A stretch of 63,473 bases of DNA, counting the filler, from Corallochytrium limacisporum Hawaii (Eukaryota; Protista; Pluriformea): the NCBI GenBank assembly GCA_002811645.1. It is 5 parts of 5 records of this genome, joined end to end, with 100 filler letters (N's around TTAATTAATTAA, not from the genome) between each part and the next. Parts side by side here need not be neighbours in the genome. Positions count along the whole stretch, not along the records: positions 1 to 28,162 come from PDIP01000255.1; 4 more parts are not named here. One strand, 5' to 3'. The number at the start of each line of letters is the position of its first letter. The stretch's first letter is position 1. The translations under genes were made by a program, and so were the position numbers. The notes under the pieces were generated by a model. The model searched no databases. It was not told where the DNA came from and worked only from the letters and a program-made list of their open reading frames with translations. Shown one piece after another: positions 1 through 10,726 of this stretch.

Positions 1-1468
1 CCGCTCTCCCAAGCGACGGCAGAGCTAAATCAAAATGAGTAGATTTGATACAATATTCTCAGACAGAGGGTGGTACAAACTTCCCCGGGGAGAAGGGGGG
101 AGGAGGGGAGCGCCTTGCGCGAGCGAGGGGACAGTGGAGGTTTTGTTGCCTTTTTTTCTGTTTCGGCCGTTTTGGTGGGGCAGGGTAGAAGAACTGGGCG
201 TCAGGGTCCCCCGGAGCTCGTATCTTTTACGCCTCTCGGAACCCCCCCCTTCTCAATCACCAAGTCCCTGTACCCCTCCCTCTTGCGGCTTACCCCCTTA
301 CCCCCCAACCAATGAGGCGGCCCCCGTGACACCCCGAAAAAGTTGTCAACCGCCGCTTCCATAGTGAAAACATGGACATCGTTGCCTCTATTTTTATACT
401 TCCTCCTCGCAATGTCCGCGCTTTTTTGGCTGTGTGTGTGAGTCTGGTCGATTTCGGGTCCCCCCTTGGGTTTTATCGTTCCTTCTCTTTTTTCTTTCCG
501 GTTTATTTTTTTTGTTGTTGTGTCCTTGGTGGGGCCCACAAAGAAGAACCCCCCAGAAGACTATGGGAGAAGAAAGGGAGAACGGGGGGGAGGGGAGCAA
601 TGAAACAAAGATTGTCTCAATTTGCGTCTTATGGCCCCCCTCCCTCTTCTCCTTGGGATTGCGCTCCAAATTTGGGCATCCACTGGGCTGTTGGATACTG
701 AATGGACTGGGAATCTGAACCCCCCCAACCGACCCAACCGAATAAATCATCACTTGGGGTAGGTGAGGCGTGCCAGGAGAAGGGGGGGGTTGGGGAAAGA
801 ACGACACGAAGTCAGGCCATGAATGAATGGTAAAGAATCCACAAAAGAAAAAACAAATGGGTTTTTGCGTGTTAGGAGGAGAGGGCTTGTGGTATTTCGC
901 ATTTTTCCCGTTGGTCGGTTATCGCCGGCAATGAGGTTTCAAAATATATCAAAATGTGAGATCAATCAAAAGCGAATTAATATACTACATATAGAATTCC
1001 GGGTATTGTGACAAGGTGATACCTATCTGTAGTGCATTGTTTATTGTTCTGGCGACCAAGAAAACAAGGAGGTCACGCAAAAGGTAGGTACTGAAGACCA
1101 GGATTTCCATACTGAAAGTACCGCACCTCCCCCGCGCCGGCTGGGATTGATGAGAAAGGGCCTACGGAGGACCAGTGGCCCCGCCCAGAAGGGGGCCTAA
1201 ATTCTTCGCATTGTTCCCTCTCACAACCTTTGGCCCCCCCCTCCCCCCTCGCAAGGCCCGTGTGCCATCCGACAGTCGGGGACAGAATTAGATATACGGA
1301 TCGGTGGGGCAAAGTTCGTGACCGGGGTCCTCCAGGGTATCCGCTAAGAGATCGTCACGAGAGGAATGCATCGACAGATGTGTGTACTGGGTATATCTAT
1401 ATCTTTAAATAACGATAACGCTGCAAATGATGATAAGATAGAAACGATAGAGACAATGATGTGAAGAA

Positions 1469-3115
1469 CTATACATGATGGCTGCTAGGACAGCGCACGC
1501 TGACACCGTGCCTCTCGCGGTCGCCGAAGAAGGCCAGTTCGTCATCCTTCTCCCGTTCCTCATCGTCTGGGAGAGGGCGAACGTGATCCCGTTTCTTGTG
1601 CTCCTCAGTAACGGCGTCCTTATTGTCACCGACGGCGAAGCGACGAGAGCCCCGACGAAAAGCGAGGGCCACACGATTCCGTCTAAGGACTTCACCAATG
1701 CGCGCAATGTGGCGCTGGGAGATGACCGTGTGGCTGAGGTCGAGACTGGTCAGAGTGTTGTTCTTGAGGACGGCAACGTAGAAGCGATTGCCGTCGGTCT
1801 GTAGAAACTGGTTTGTGCTTAGGTTAATCTCTCGGAGGGTACTATTGATGCCGATCAGGTGCGCGAAATAGGGCACGGCGCTGGTCGGGATCGTATTGCC
1901 GGCCAGATCAATGTATTGCAGAGTCTCATTGTTCAACAATGCCTCCGCAATCAACGACGCCCCCGGCCCCGCAAAATTGTAGCTAAAGTTCACCTCCTTC
2001 AGATGTCTGTTCTGGGACAGCAGTGAGGCCATCGCCTTTGTACCCTCACGACGGGCATTGTTCATCCCAAGGTTAAGGTAGCGCAGATTGTGATGCTTTA
2101 CGATCACACGGAGCAGCACGGCAACACCTTCGCGACCCTGGCAGCCATAGAGACTAAGGCGACGCAGATTCGTGTTGTACCGCATGCCGGTGGCAATGTG
2201 CTTAAAGCCGATGATACCAAAGGCATTGTTGTCAAGTTCAATTTCCTGCAGGGTATGATTAGAGCGCAGCACCTCGGCTACATGCTCTGCCCCAGCAATG
2301 TTCAGACTACAGTTGCTGAGGTACAGGTGCTTCAACGACGACGGCAAGCTTGCGGTGTCAAGGATCGATACCATAGCCTCGTGGAACACACCATTGATAT
2401 GTGCATCAGGTTTCTCTTCGGTCCTCATCATGCCCATGCCAAACGCCACGAATGGGCTCTCCTTGTCCTCCGTACATTTCTTGAGCATGACACCTGCTTC
2501 CCAGAAGACGCGCTGATACTCTGGCGCACGCGTGAAGTTATTGTCCAAGCGCACGCCCATCAAATTTGGCAGGTGTTGCACACACGTCAGAATACTAAGG
2601 CCAGCATCCAATATGGAATCAGACTCGCGACTAAAGCCATGGTTGTTGCACAAGTCAATGTACTGAATGGCAGTGCGGTGCGACTTCTCTTCCAAAGTGT
2701 TTAGGACCCGATCAATACATGGAACACTGTCGTCCATCTTTGCGAAACAGCCAGCCAGATACAGGGTGGCAATAGGTCTCGAGCCTTGGAGTTTCAAGAA
2801 GACGTCCCAGAAGGCATCAAAATCTTCCCGATTCTCAAACACAATGCCCGTAAAATCGTTCCGGTAGAGCAGTTCTTCGCTCACATGGGCTACAACGTGG
2901 AACCATTTTTCCACCGTCTTGTTTTTCTTGACCTTCTCCTGTTTGCATTTCAGGGCGTAAACTTTCTCCCAGTTGTGAACAATCTCATGTACACTAGCCA
3001 TTGACGGCCGGGATCCATTTACCCCGCTTTCATTGAGAGTGTTGCCGACAACGTCCCGCAGCACCCGCTTGCGGTACGTCGACGAATGCTTCTGTAAAAA
3101 GTCCTTAAAGGTCAT
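1469..3115 (-). CDS. RNI-like leucine-rich repeat protein (NLRC3/RanGAP-type 28-aa repeats)
   Basis: Repeated LxxLxLxxN/C units with ~28-aa period (LKHLYLSNCSL, LQEIELDNNAF, LRYLNLGMNNA, LKEVNFSYNFA, LQYIDLAGNTI, LREINLSTNQF). The ORF track starts at TTG 3121; first ATG is 3115 (agcATG). Single exon. Confidence 0.9.
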   Translation of the reverse strand: MTFKDFLQKHSSTYRKRVLRDVVGNTLNESGVNGSRPSMASVHEIVHNWEKVYALKCKQEKVKKNKTVEKWFHVVAHVSEELLYRNDFTGIVFENREDFDAFWDVFLKLQGSRPIATLYLAGCFAKMDDSVPCIDRVLNTLEEKSHRTAIQYIDLCNNHGFSRESDSILDAGLSILTCVQHLPNLMGVRLDNNFTRAPEYQRVFWEAGVMLKKCTEDKESPFVAFGMGMMRTEEKPDAHINGVFHEAMVSILDTASLPSSLKHLYLSNCSLNIAGAEHVAEVLRSNHTLQEIELDNNAFGIIGFKHIATGMRYNTNLRRLSLYGCQGREGVAVLLRVIVKHHNLRYLNLGMNNARREGTKAMASLLSQNRHLKEVNFSYNFAGPGASLIAEALLNNETLQYIDLAGNTIPTSAVPYFAHLIGINSTLREINLSTNQFLQTDGNRFYVAVLKNNTLTSLDLSHTVISQRHIARIGEVLRRNRVALAFRRGSRRFAVGDNKDAVTEEHKKRDHVRPLPDDEEREKDDELAFFGDRERHGVSVRCPSSHHV

Positions 3116-3504
3116 GCTCAACTCAATCTCCTGCCAGCAGGGATCTTGTCATAAGATATTCAACAATTTCCGTGGACTGACTTTTTCAAGTCACCTTTAT
3201 CGTCCCACCCATGGGCGCATATCTTTTCTGGCTCACGACGTCACCCAATTCAATGTTCCAAACGAACCTCGTCGTTCATCACCCTTACATACTTCGCCTC
3301 GTCGACACGTCATGTACCTGACCATGCGACCTCTTCAAATACCCATTCCCCGAAACGAAAGGACAGCCGGAGCAAAGGTATGGTCGCAAAAAGAGAAACC
3401 AAAAACCAAAGCAGTAGCCTTCTGCATTCCAAAAAGCCTTTTTGCACAGTGTCTAGTAACCGGAAACCCTCCTGTAGCGACGGATCCGCCCCATCTCATC
3501 ACCC

Positions 3505-3598
3505 CGCGGAGGAGGGAGGAGGAACCAGGAAAGGAAGGGACAGTGGGGGTTAGAGTTCCGGTAGCCACTGCTGCCAATCGCACCTGCCGCGGCCACTT

Positions 3599-3629
<31 letters not shown>

Positions 3630-4630
3630 CGCTCTGCTGTCTGTGTGCTAGAAGCGCTCGCCTGCGCTGGCAGACTGGCGCCTCCCGTCCGTCCCGGTCG
3701 AGGGGCACCCCAGGACCCAGGGGGGCGGCGGCAGCAGAAGGAACACGGAAAGATGAGCAGGAAGACGGAGAAAGCTCAACTGCCCCAGTGTACATAATCA
3801 ACCGAATTTTTTAGTCGTTGTCGGTGCCATTTTTTTCTTCAGTATTTTTTTCCTCCTTTTTTTTTTTCTTTTAGGTGTAGTGAGCCCATAAATTTCCTTG
3901 GTCCCCGGGCTTCGAATCCGTTAATGACGACGCACCGCGCAAGGAAAATGTGTTAAAAAGGGGACTCCCGCCACCACCCTCGCTTTCCGTCTGGCCCCTG
4001 GCGCCGTGAGTGTGTCGCAGCTACCGTGGAGCGCCCAGCCGCCCGCTTCCCAGGAGCGGCCTGGGAGAAGGGAGGGAGGGGGTCTCCAAAGGTCGGGAAA
4101 TCCGAGGTGGGCCGAGAACCCTGGGAGAGAGAGAGAGAGCGACAGAGCGAGGGAGCGCTGACAAGCGACAGCGCCGCAAGAACGGAACGGGAAGAGAAAG
4201 GGGAGGGGAGGGGGGGGGAACCACAGTAGATGCACCGCATCACCAGGCATATGGTTGCGCAGATGTTTCATTTGGGTTTTCTCTGAAAGGGTCGCTCCCT
4301 TTTTTCTTTCTTTTTTTTATTCGCTGTGGTTTCCCCTTCTTTTCTTCCATTAAAAAAGTATAATCAAGCGTTTGTTTCGCAATTGCCCGTGTTCGGAGAG
4401 CAAGGCCGAAATGAAACAAAATCCTTCGGGCTTCGTGCTTTTGGTCCCTACGGTTCCTCAGGGATTTGCTCCCCTCCCAACACGGCTCGCGGCGGTTTGA
4501 GTGTTGTGGTTGAAGTTTTGCCATTTTTCTTTGGCCAGCGAAAAAAAGAGAAGGGAGAGAGAGAGGGGGGGTGGGGGGCCGGTTGGTGGTTGTGTGTAAA
4601 AGGGGGAGGGATGGGGGGAAGCGGGCCCTG
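3505..4630. promoter_or_regulatory. G/C-tract and polypurine island in the divergent promoter between the LRR gene and TMEM229-like
   Basis: Dense G-runs, GA repeats and poly-T between two divergent start codons; function inferred from position. Confidence 0.5.
3603..3629. repeat. (TG)13 microsatellite
   Basis: Perfect TG dinucleotide run. Confidence 0.95.
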
Positions 4631-5130
4631 CTTGTAACACCGACTGCTGCTTCCGTCACCAGAGGCCAGGGACAACGCCAAAACGAAACACTTTCGGTTG
4701 GGCCTTGCGCCTCGTACTGTGTGGGTTGTGGCGTATTAGTGCGGTTTGGTTGGATACGGACGGTGTCCACTTGGGTTGTCAATGACTTGTGGTGCAGTCG
4801 GAACAGTCAAGAGAAATGGGGTGAGGCGTATGTGACAGCAGGCTCACGCGGGCGTTGCCAGTGTGAGGTCATGTTGAATTCAAGAACTGGATGGTATTTG
4901 AAGGAGAACACTCCATAGCATGAATGAATAATGAGCTGAACCCGAATTAACGATCCGACTCTGTACCTTTGGGGCCTAGCTCGGGTAAACGGGAAACGGA
5001 TAGATGTACACTAGCTTTAGATGAGATCGCAGCAAGTTAGAAATACAAGTATGTGAAAGGCAGATAGTCAGGGCTTGCGCTCCCTGAGAGGAATAGAACT
5101 TAGTAGCCCGTTTGGTATCTTCCGAAAACA

Positions 5131-5760
5131 ATGGTACGCGTGCTATCCTCGACGGAGATGGCTGTGATCCATGTGTGCCTAGGTCTAACCTTTGAGGTCG
5201 TGTTCTTTGCAACCTACGACAATCTGGAAGCTTTCGCGCTGTATGGGATCAGTGAGGTTGATCTCCGTTTGAAGGGAGCAAGTCACTTGTGGATGATCCC
5301 GGTCTGGGCCGTAGGAATGCCACTGCTCGAGGATATCTCCAAGACCCTACAGAAGCTCGGAGTGCCGTTGCTCATGCGCTTGTCTGCGTACAGCGCTGGC
5401 TGTCTTTTCTTCCAATACGCCGCGGGATGGCTGATCAGAGCTGTGGGAGGCATCTGTCCATGGGACTATACCGGATCGAGCCCCTATGAGATTAATGGTC
5501 TGATTCGTCTCGACTACGCGCCCTTCTGGGCTCTTTTGGGTCTGGCAGTGGAGTGGCTTGAATTATACCTGGCATCGGTTCGGGTCCTGCCCAAGCAAAG
5601 CATTGCGTTCGCGCGAAAGAAGGAGTTGGCCATGGCTTCATCGCCACCGGACAATACGGATTTAGGCAGTCCGCTGCATCGGTCTCAGTCACTGCAGCAA
5701 CGCAGCACTTTTGCGAAGGGTGTGATTCCACCCGGGTCACCGCCTTGGGATCAACGGTAG
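5131..5760 (+). CDS. TMEM229B: TMEM229-family membrane protein
   Basis: GxS-LWM motif and CPWDY...GLIRLDYAPFW match TMEM229B (CPWDY..GLIxLxY..W); several hydrophobic segments; AATAAA at 5770. Confidence 0.8.
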   Translation: MVRVLSSTEMAVIHVCLGLTFEVVFFATYDNLEAFALYGISEVDLRLKGASHLWMIPVWAVGMPLLEDISKTLQKLGVPLLMRLSAYSAGCLFFQYAAGWLIRAVGGICPWDYTGSSPYEINGLIRLDYAPFWALLGLAVEWLELYLASVRVLPKQSIAFARKKELAMASSPPDNTDLGSPLHRSQSLQQRSTFAKGVIPPGSPPWDQR

Positions 5761-5840
5761 ATCACATTAAATAAACAAGCTTACCAAGTTTATGAGGTTT
5801 GAAAACTAAGCATTAATCATGACCGCAGACGTGATGACCC

Positions 5841-8800
5841 TCATCCCACCTCGGGCACGACCAGAGTCACGCAGCCCTCCAGCAGATCACCCCTCCATAC
5901 TCCTGTAGTGGTCGGTGCCGCGGACAGAGGTTCGCCGTTGAGTGGGTAGATCAACGGCAACCGGGCGACCACATACGAATCCATGGGCAAACGAACGGGC
6001 TTCAGACCGCCGACGAAGGTTACAGTATCATCAAATTCGTCGAGCAGAGGATCGAGGGCAAGCCCAACGGTAAGCGCCTGCGGCCCATCGGCTGCCTTGT
6101 CGTGGAGTTGCCCGGTGCCGTGGTGACTACCGCGGTGGCTCGAGTAGCGGTATATGCTGGTCCGGCGCTGCTTTTCACCTAGGTCAGCACTGAACCGGCG
6201 GTTGCGCATCGCCTGGTTTTGTTGCTGCTGCGAAAGCGCATTGTTGCGCTTACCGGAATCATTGGCGCTGTCCCCTGCTGCATCAGCAGTTTTGTCATTG
6301 TCAGTGGCACCATCCAGAGTTGCTTGCTTTGGCGCAGTCTTGCACACATCGTCGCCATTAAAGTGGACGAAACGGATGCGAGGATTGTACTGCATGTAGG
6401 CTGGAGCCGGAGGTGTCACGATATGGATGCGCATGAGCTGTGCGAGGATAATTTTGGACTCCAGGGGCGCACTGGAGGAGGAACCGCCAGTGCCAAAGTC
6501 CAGGTCATCGTCCGCATCACTGTCGCTACTCATGAACTCTACATCGTCGCTATCCACTGATGACGTGCGCTCGCGGGGCAGCTTATGACGCGGGTTCTGT
6601 TGTGACCTTGCCGTTCCACTTTTGGCCTTGTCCTCCGGCACGGTCACTTGCGACTGACTCTGCATCCCCGCGTTTGCACTGCAAATGCATTGAATGTGCA
6701 AAGGATGCTGCTTCATGGCCAACTGTTCCGCGCTCTCAAAGTCAGGATCATGTTCGTTCAAAGCGTTGTGGAGGAAAAAGCGGTGGCCCAGAGGACACTC
6801 GTACTCGAGGCCCATGTAGCAGGTCATGGTGATCTGCTGCAGCTGCAAGGCTTGCACTGTTGCATCCGGGCTCTCGTCTGGGTCCAGGGTGACGCTGCGT
6901 GGAGTGTTCAAGATACGCGGGGTATTGGCTGTCGCCGGTGTCGTGGTAGCGTTAGTAGACGAGACTGAAGTGTTCACATCACCTGCCTCCAGCAGGCCCG
7001 TCACCGCGCCTACCCCGGTTGCTTCGAAGGAATCACTGAGGCCGGTTTCAGGCGCACCTGTCGTGTTGTTCCGCTGGAACGCCCCGAAATCGAACAGTTT
7101 GTGGCGTAGCTTCGAGACCGATGTGGTCGTTGTAGGCCCAGTGGTCGACGACGAAATGGTCCCTCCGGCTGTGGCCGTGGATGTCACCGTGACGACTGAA
7201 GTGGCGTCTTTCGCAAAGCCGGCGTCGTGGTTGGGTACCAATGTCGGACTGATTCCAAGCAGGGCCCCACGCCCAAGACTGTCTCTGCGTCCGGATCGTG
7301 ATCCTCGGCCACTGAGTCCATGTTCTGGAGAGACTAATCTACCCGGAATGGCTGATGGTGCAGTAATGTGGTGCTGCTGTGAGGCATATTGCGACGCACC
7401 GAGGCCATGCATGAGAGTCGGCCGGCCTCCTTTGCCCAGGACTGCAAGGTATGGCCAAGGCTGCTGTGTGCCACCGGCACCGACATGATACGACAGCATA
7501 TCAGTGCCAAGACCCATGCCACTGGTGCCACCTAGGGCGGCCTGACTCACTGAGCGCCGTGTGCCTCCAGGCTGACTGTTGCCCCCACTGCGGAGATGGC
7601 CACCGCTGCCCACAGCTACGGCGGTGTGACTGGCACGGGCAAGCGACGGTTGGGAGGCAACCGGTGTGTTCATGCCATCGCTAGCCTGACCAAAAAGGCT
7701 GCCTACTCCACGCTGTCTCAGGCGGCCATGCCGTGGCGATATCGTTTCAATGCGACCTTTCGCTGCCACGATGGTGGTTTCCTGTTCCTCTCCACTTTCT
7801 GTGCTTCTTAAGAGTTCCTCCGGCACGTCCTCCAAAGGTAACAACAAGTCAAATGTCCAAGGAATCAACTTGCTGCGCATGGCCAGCATGCCAACATGCC
7901 GCGAAGCGATCTTCTTCGCAAGCTCAGCATGGCCAAGCACAGTGACCACAAAGCCTTGAGGATCAACGGAACTGTGGTCATGGCCATTCTTGAATGTGTG
8001 CTGTTGCCCTTCTGAGTCCATGTCATCGTCTCGGTGATCAAACATTGGAATAAGATCGCCAGGTCTCATATGCAGCAAGCTTGAGTAGCTGTAGCCAGAT
8101 TTAGCGAGTCCCGCATGAATGTCCTTAGCCGTCACTTCCCCTTGAGACGAAGGCTCCGTCCGCCTGACTGTGTTCTTGATGTCGAGAATCAGGGTTCTGC
8201 GTTTGTGTTCGTTACCCTTTAACTCCCGTAGTAGATTGCTGGATGGGGCTTGAAAGTCTAAGGCCGCCTTATCACTACAGCAAGGCCAGCGAAGCGGGTC
8301 ATAGAATTTTGCGTTGCCATTGTGAAGGTCCCACTCTTTTCCTCCATTCAGCCAGTTGCGATTCTTTCCGCAATTGCACGCTCGCAAAGCGTACACTCCC
8401 GTGATGACCTCGTAAATAAGTTGCATCTCATCGTCGACCGATTTGCGCCGCACAGTACCGTCGTATGTCCGCTGCCGGCTTCTGTGGGCCCCGTCATGAG
8501 CATTGGGAAGCTTGCATCGCTGTCCAGAAATATTTATGGCCTTGCACCGCCGCCGTCGAACCCGTTGCGGAATAAAATCAGGTGACTTGTGAACGTCTGG
8601 TTCCTTTTCCGGAGTATTTGCAGCTGGTGGGGACATGAACTTCTCGTGGCCCGGTTGCGGGCCAAAGAAACTTGCAAAGGGGTTCACCGGGGAAGCAGCA
8701 TGTTCGATGACTTTTATCACGGCCGGTGTCGAGAGTCCCGTCCACGCAATTGGGGTCGGCCATTCAATCTTCATGATCAAATTAACAAATTGTTGGGTTG

Positions 8801-10226
8801 TGAAACCGTTTGGTACCGATCCACCTACTGATCCCCTCCGAGTTGTACTGTGCAGAAGAGAGTTTTTCTGTCGCAGGTAGTCCTGCAGCGCAGGTAGGCC
8901 AACGGCCAAGGAAGGTGGCCCTCGACTTGACAGAGGCGGGGCCGTGTCCACGGACATGCTTGATCGCAACCGCAGTGTTCTTACCGGTGACGGCCGATTT
9001 TGCTGAGTGTTCGTGGACTGCAGTTCTTCTGCTACGGGAGGGTCCAGGAGACTACTTTCGCTTGGGATTGCTAATGACAGCGAAACGCTTCGAGTCAGTG
9101 CTGGATGGGACTCGCCACTGTTTCGAGTTTTCTCCCCCTGATCTAATGATGTCGATGACGTTTTTCTGGCATCCGAAGTTTCGTCCAGCTGGTCAGTGGT
9201 AACCCAGTCAATCGCATGGTCCAAATCACTGAACAAAGGGGGCAGGCTAGGTTCTACCTCTACCGTAGATGGAACAGCGGGAGGTTCGTCTCCTAATGCG
9301 AGTGGACTAAACAATACCTCAGACCCATGACTCAGAGAACGACTCAGGGAAGAAGATGCTCTGGACTGAGTTGGTACGCCGAGGAAATATGCGCTAAACT
9401 TGGACGGCACTCTGAATCCCATATTACTGTCTCCTCGGTTCTCACTGCTCTTCTTAATGTCGTCGAGCCAGGCCTTGAGGTACGCGTTGGTCTGTCGCCA
9501 CAGCTGCCGTTGTAGACTCAGTTCCTGCCGAGGATTGGCTAACAAAGCAAACAACACTGTTGGCATGTTGGGCCTAATCTCCAGTGATCCCTTGGACGTT
9601 CCGGGTGCTTGATCCGGTCGTGAAAGTCGGCGGCTTCGCTTCGCACTACACTCCGACAGGGCAACAAGCGATAAATTGTTCACCTCCGGCGAGTCATGGA
9701 CCAGGACAAGAACATCACTCATATCCATGAGTCCGTCCAACACACTGGCCAGAGGTCCCACGGCAGATTCTCCAACATCATCGTAGTTTCGCTCAATTCT
9801 ATCTGATGATAGCAACACCATACTGTGAACAATTCTGCTGACTGGATCTATGGCACTGTACAGCATGGGCTGAATACGGTCCACCCCAATGCCATGGTCT
9901 AGCAGTCGCTCCCACCGCAAACGATTAGTCTCCGATGTGGACCAATATTCGTGACCAGCGATTACCCCACATATGTCCTCCAGTTTCCGCCAGACCTTCG
10001 TTTGTTTTAGTATTACACTACTGCTGGTGTTAGATGCCGGTCCATCTTTCTCCGATATATCGTCGACAATTCCAAAGTAGCTAATGCTTAGGAACCGAGG
10101 GTCTGCGGCTGAGTCTCTGGACCCACCCTTCGGCCCCTCAAGAGATTGGCAAAGGGTCCCATGAATTTGTGCGCGTGGGTCATTCACGCCTGGATAGACA
10201 AATATATGGTCCTTGCTGTTCATCAT
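5841..10226 (-). CDS. SMG8: Nonsense-mediated decay factor SMG8-like protein
   Basis: SMG8-type motifs C..ISG..C....H...H.S, RACNCGK, GLEYECPLGHRFF, AQLMRIHIVTP and C-terminal RLPLIY; 1461 aa with long low-complexity inserts; intronless. Confidence 0.85.
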   Translation of the reverse strand: MMNSKDHIFVYPGVNDPRAQIHGTLCQSLEGPKGGSRDSAADPRFLSISYFGIVDDISEKDGPASNTSSSVILKQTKVWRKLEDICGVIAGHEYWSTSETNRLRWERLLDHGIGVDRIQPMLYSAIDPVSRIVHSMVLLSSDRIERNYDDVGESAVGPLASVLDGLMDMSDVLVLVHDSPEVNNLSLVALSECSAKRSRRLSRPDQAPGTSKGSLEIRPNMPTVLFALLANPRQELSLQRQLWRQTNAYLKAWLDDIKKSSENRGDSNMGFRVPSKFSAYFLGVPTQSRASSSLSRSLSHGSEVLFSPLALGDEPPAVPSTVEVEPSLPPLFSDLDHAIDWVTTDQLDETSDARKTSSTSLDQGEKTRNSGESHPALTRSVSLSLAIPSESSLLDPPVAEELQSTNTQQNRPSPVRTLRLRSSMSVDTAPPLSSRGPPSLAVGLPALQDYLRQKNSLLHSTTRRGSVGGSVPNGFTTQQFVNLIMKIEWPTPIAWTGLSTPAVIKVIEHAASPVNPFASFFGPQPGHEKFMSPPAANTPEKEPDVHKSPDFIPQRVRRRRCKAINISGQRCKLPNAHDGAHRSRQRTYDGTVRRKSVDDEMQLIYEVITGVYALRACNCGKNRNWLNGGKEWDLHNGNAKFYDPLRWPCCSDKAALDFQAPSSNLLRELKGNEHKRRTLILDIKNTVRRTEPSSQGEVTAKDIHAGLAKSGYSYSSLLHMRPGDLIPMFDHRDDDMDSEGQQHTFKNGHDHSSVDPQGFVVTVLGHAELAKKIASRHVGMLAMRSKLIPWTFDLLLPLEDVPEELLRSTESGEEQETTIVAAKGRIETISPRHGRLRQRGVGSLFGQASDGMNTPVASQPSLARASHTAVAVGSGGHLRSGGNSQPGGTRRSVSQAALGGTSGMGLGTDMLSYHVGAGGTQQPWPYLAVLGKGGRPTLMHGLGASQYASQQHHITAPSAIPGRLVSPEHGLSGRGSRSGRRDSLGRGALLGISPTLVPNHDAGFAKDATSVVTVTSTATAGGTISSSTTGPTTTTSVSKLRHKLFDFGAFQRNNTTGAPETGLSDSFEATGVGAVTGLLEAGDVNTSVSSTNATTTPATANTPRILNTPRSVTLDPDESPDATVQALQLQQITMTCYMGLEYECPLGHRFFLHNALNEHDPDFESAEQLAMKQHPLHIQCICSANAGMQSQSQVTVPEDKAKSGTARSQQNPRHKLPRERTSSVDSDDVEFMSSDSDADDDLDFGTGGSSSSAPLESKIILAQLMRIHIVTPPAPAYMQYNPRIRFVHFNGDDVCKTAPKQATLDGATDNDKTADAAGDSANDSGKRNNALSQQQQNQAMRNRRFSADLGEKQRRTSIYRYSSHRGSHHGTGQLHDKAADGPQALTVGLALDPLLDEFDDTVTFVGGLKPVRLPMDSYVVARLPLIYPLNGEPLSAAPTTTGVWRGDLLEGCVTLVVPEVG

Positions 10227-10726
10227 GCCCGCATTTTAGCACTCATACTGCTTCTAGTAAATTCATTGACGTCGTCGGTGCATCGCCATTGAGGCACCGG
10301 TTGATTTACATCAGTCCATGGTTAAACGACGAATCAAGTTCCTGGGCAACTAATGTCGATAGTGAGGAAACCATTCAAGTGGACACCCTAGTCTCTACAT
10401 GGATCAAGCACACTCCGTACTCATACCATTGTCATCTCCTGAATAGCCACCTGTTTTGCCTTCCGCCTACTCTACGGCCGGGAAGGCTATTGAGACCCGG
10501 AGCCGGTCCGAACGGGGAGACGGGCGGAGGGGAGGCTGTTTTCACCGAGGATAGGCATTCTCCGGTAAGCTGCGAGCCCACCAGTAGCAAGAAGGGGGGA
10601 GGGGGGGAGAAGACTTCCCGGACATCTACATGTTAACCACAGGCTAAGCACAATTGTTCTACGTTCTCTATTGTATTTGTATGGAAAATGGTACACGGAG
10701 TTACAAAAAACAACATCTGCGGAGGT

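Noticed and set aside
3871-3920. tRNA-like A box (GGTGTAGTGAG) and B box (GCTTCGAATCC)
   Set aside because: Spacing too short and no acceptor or anticodon stems can be formed
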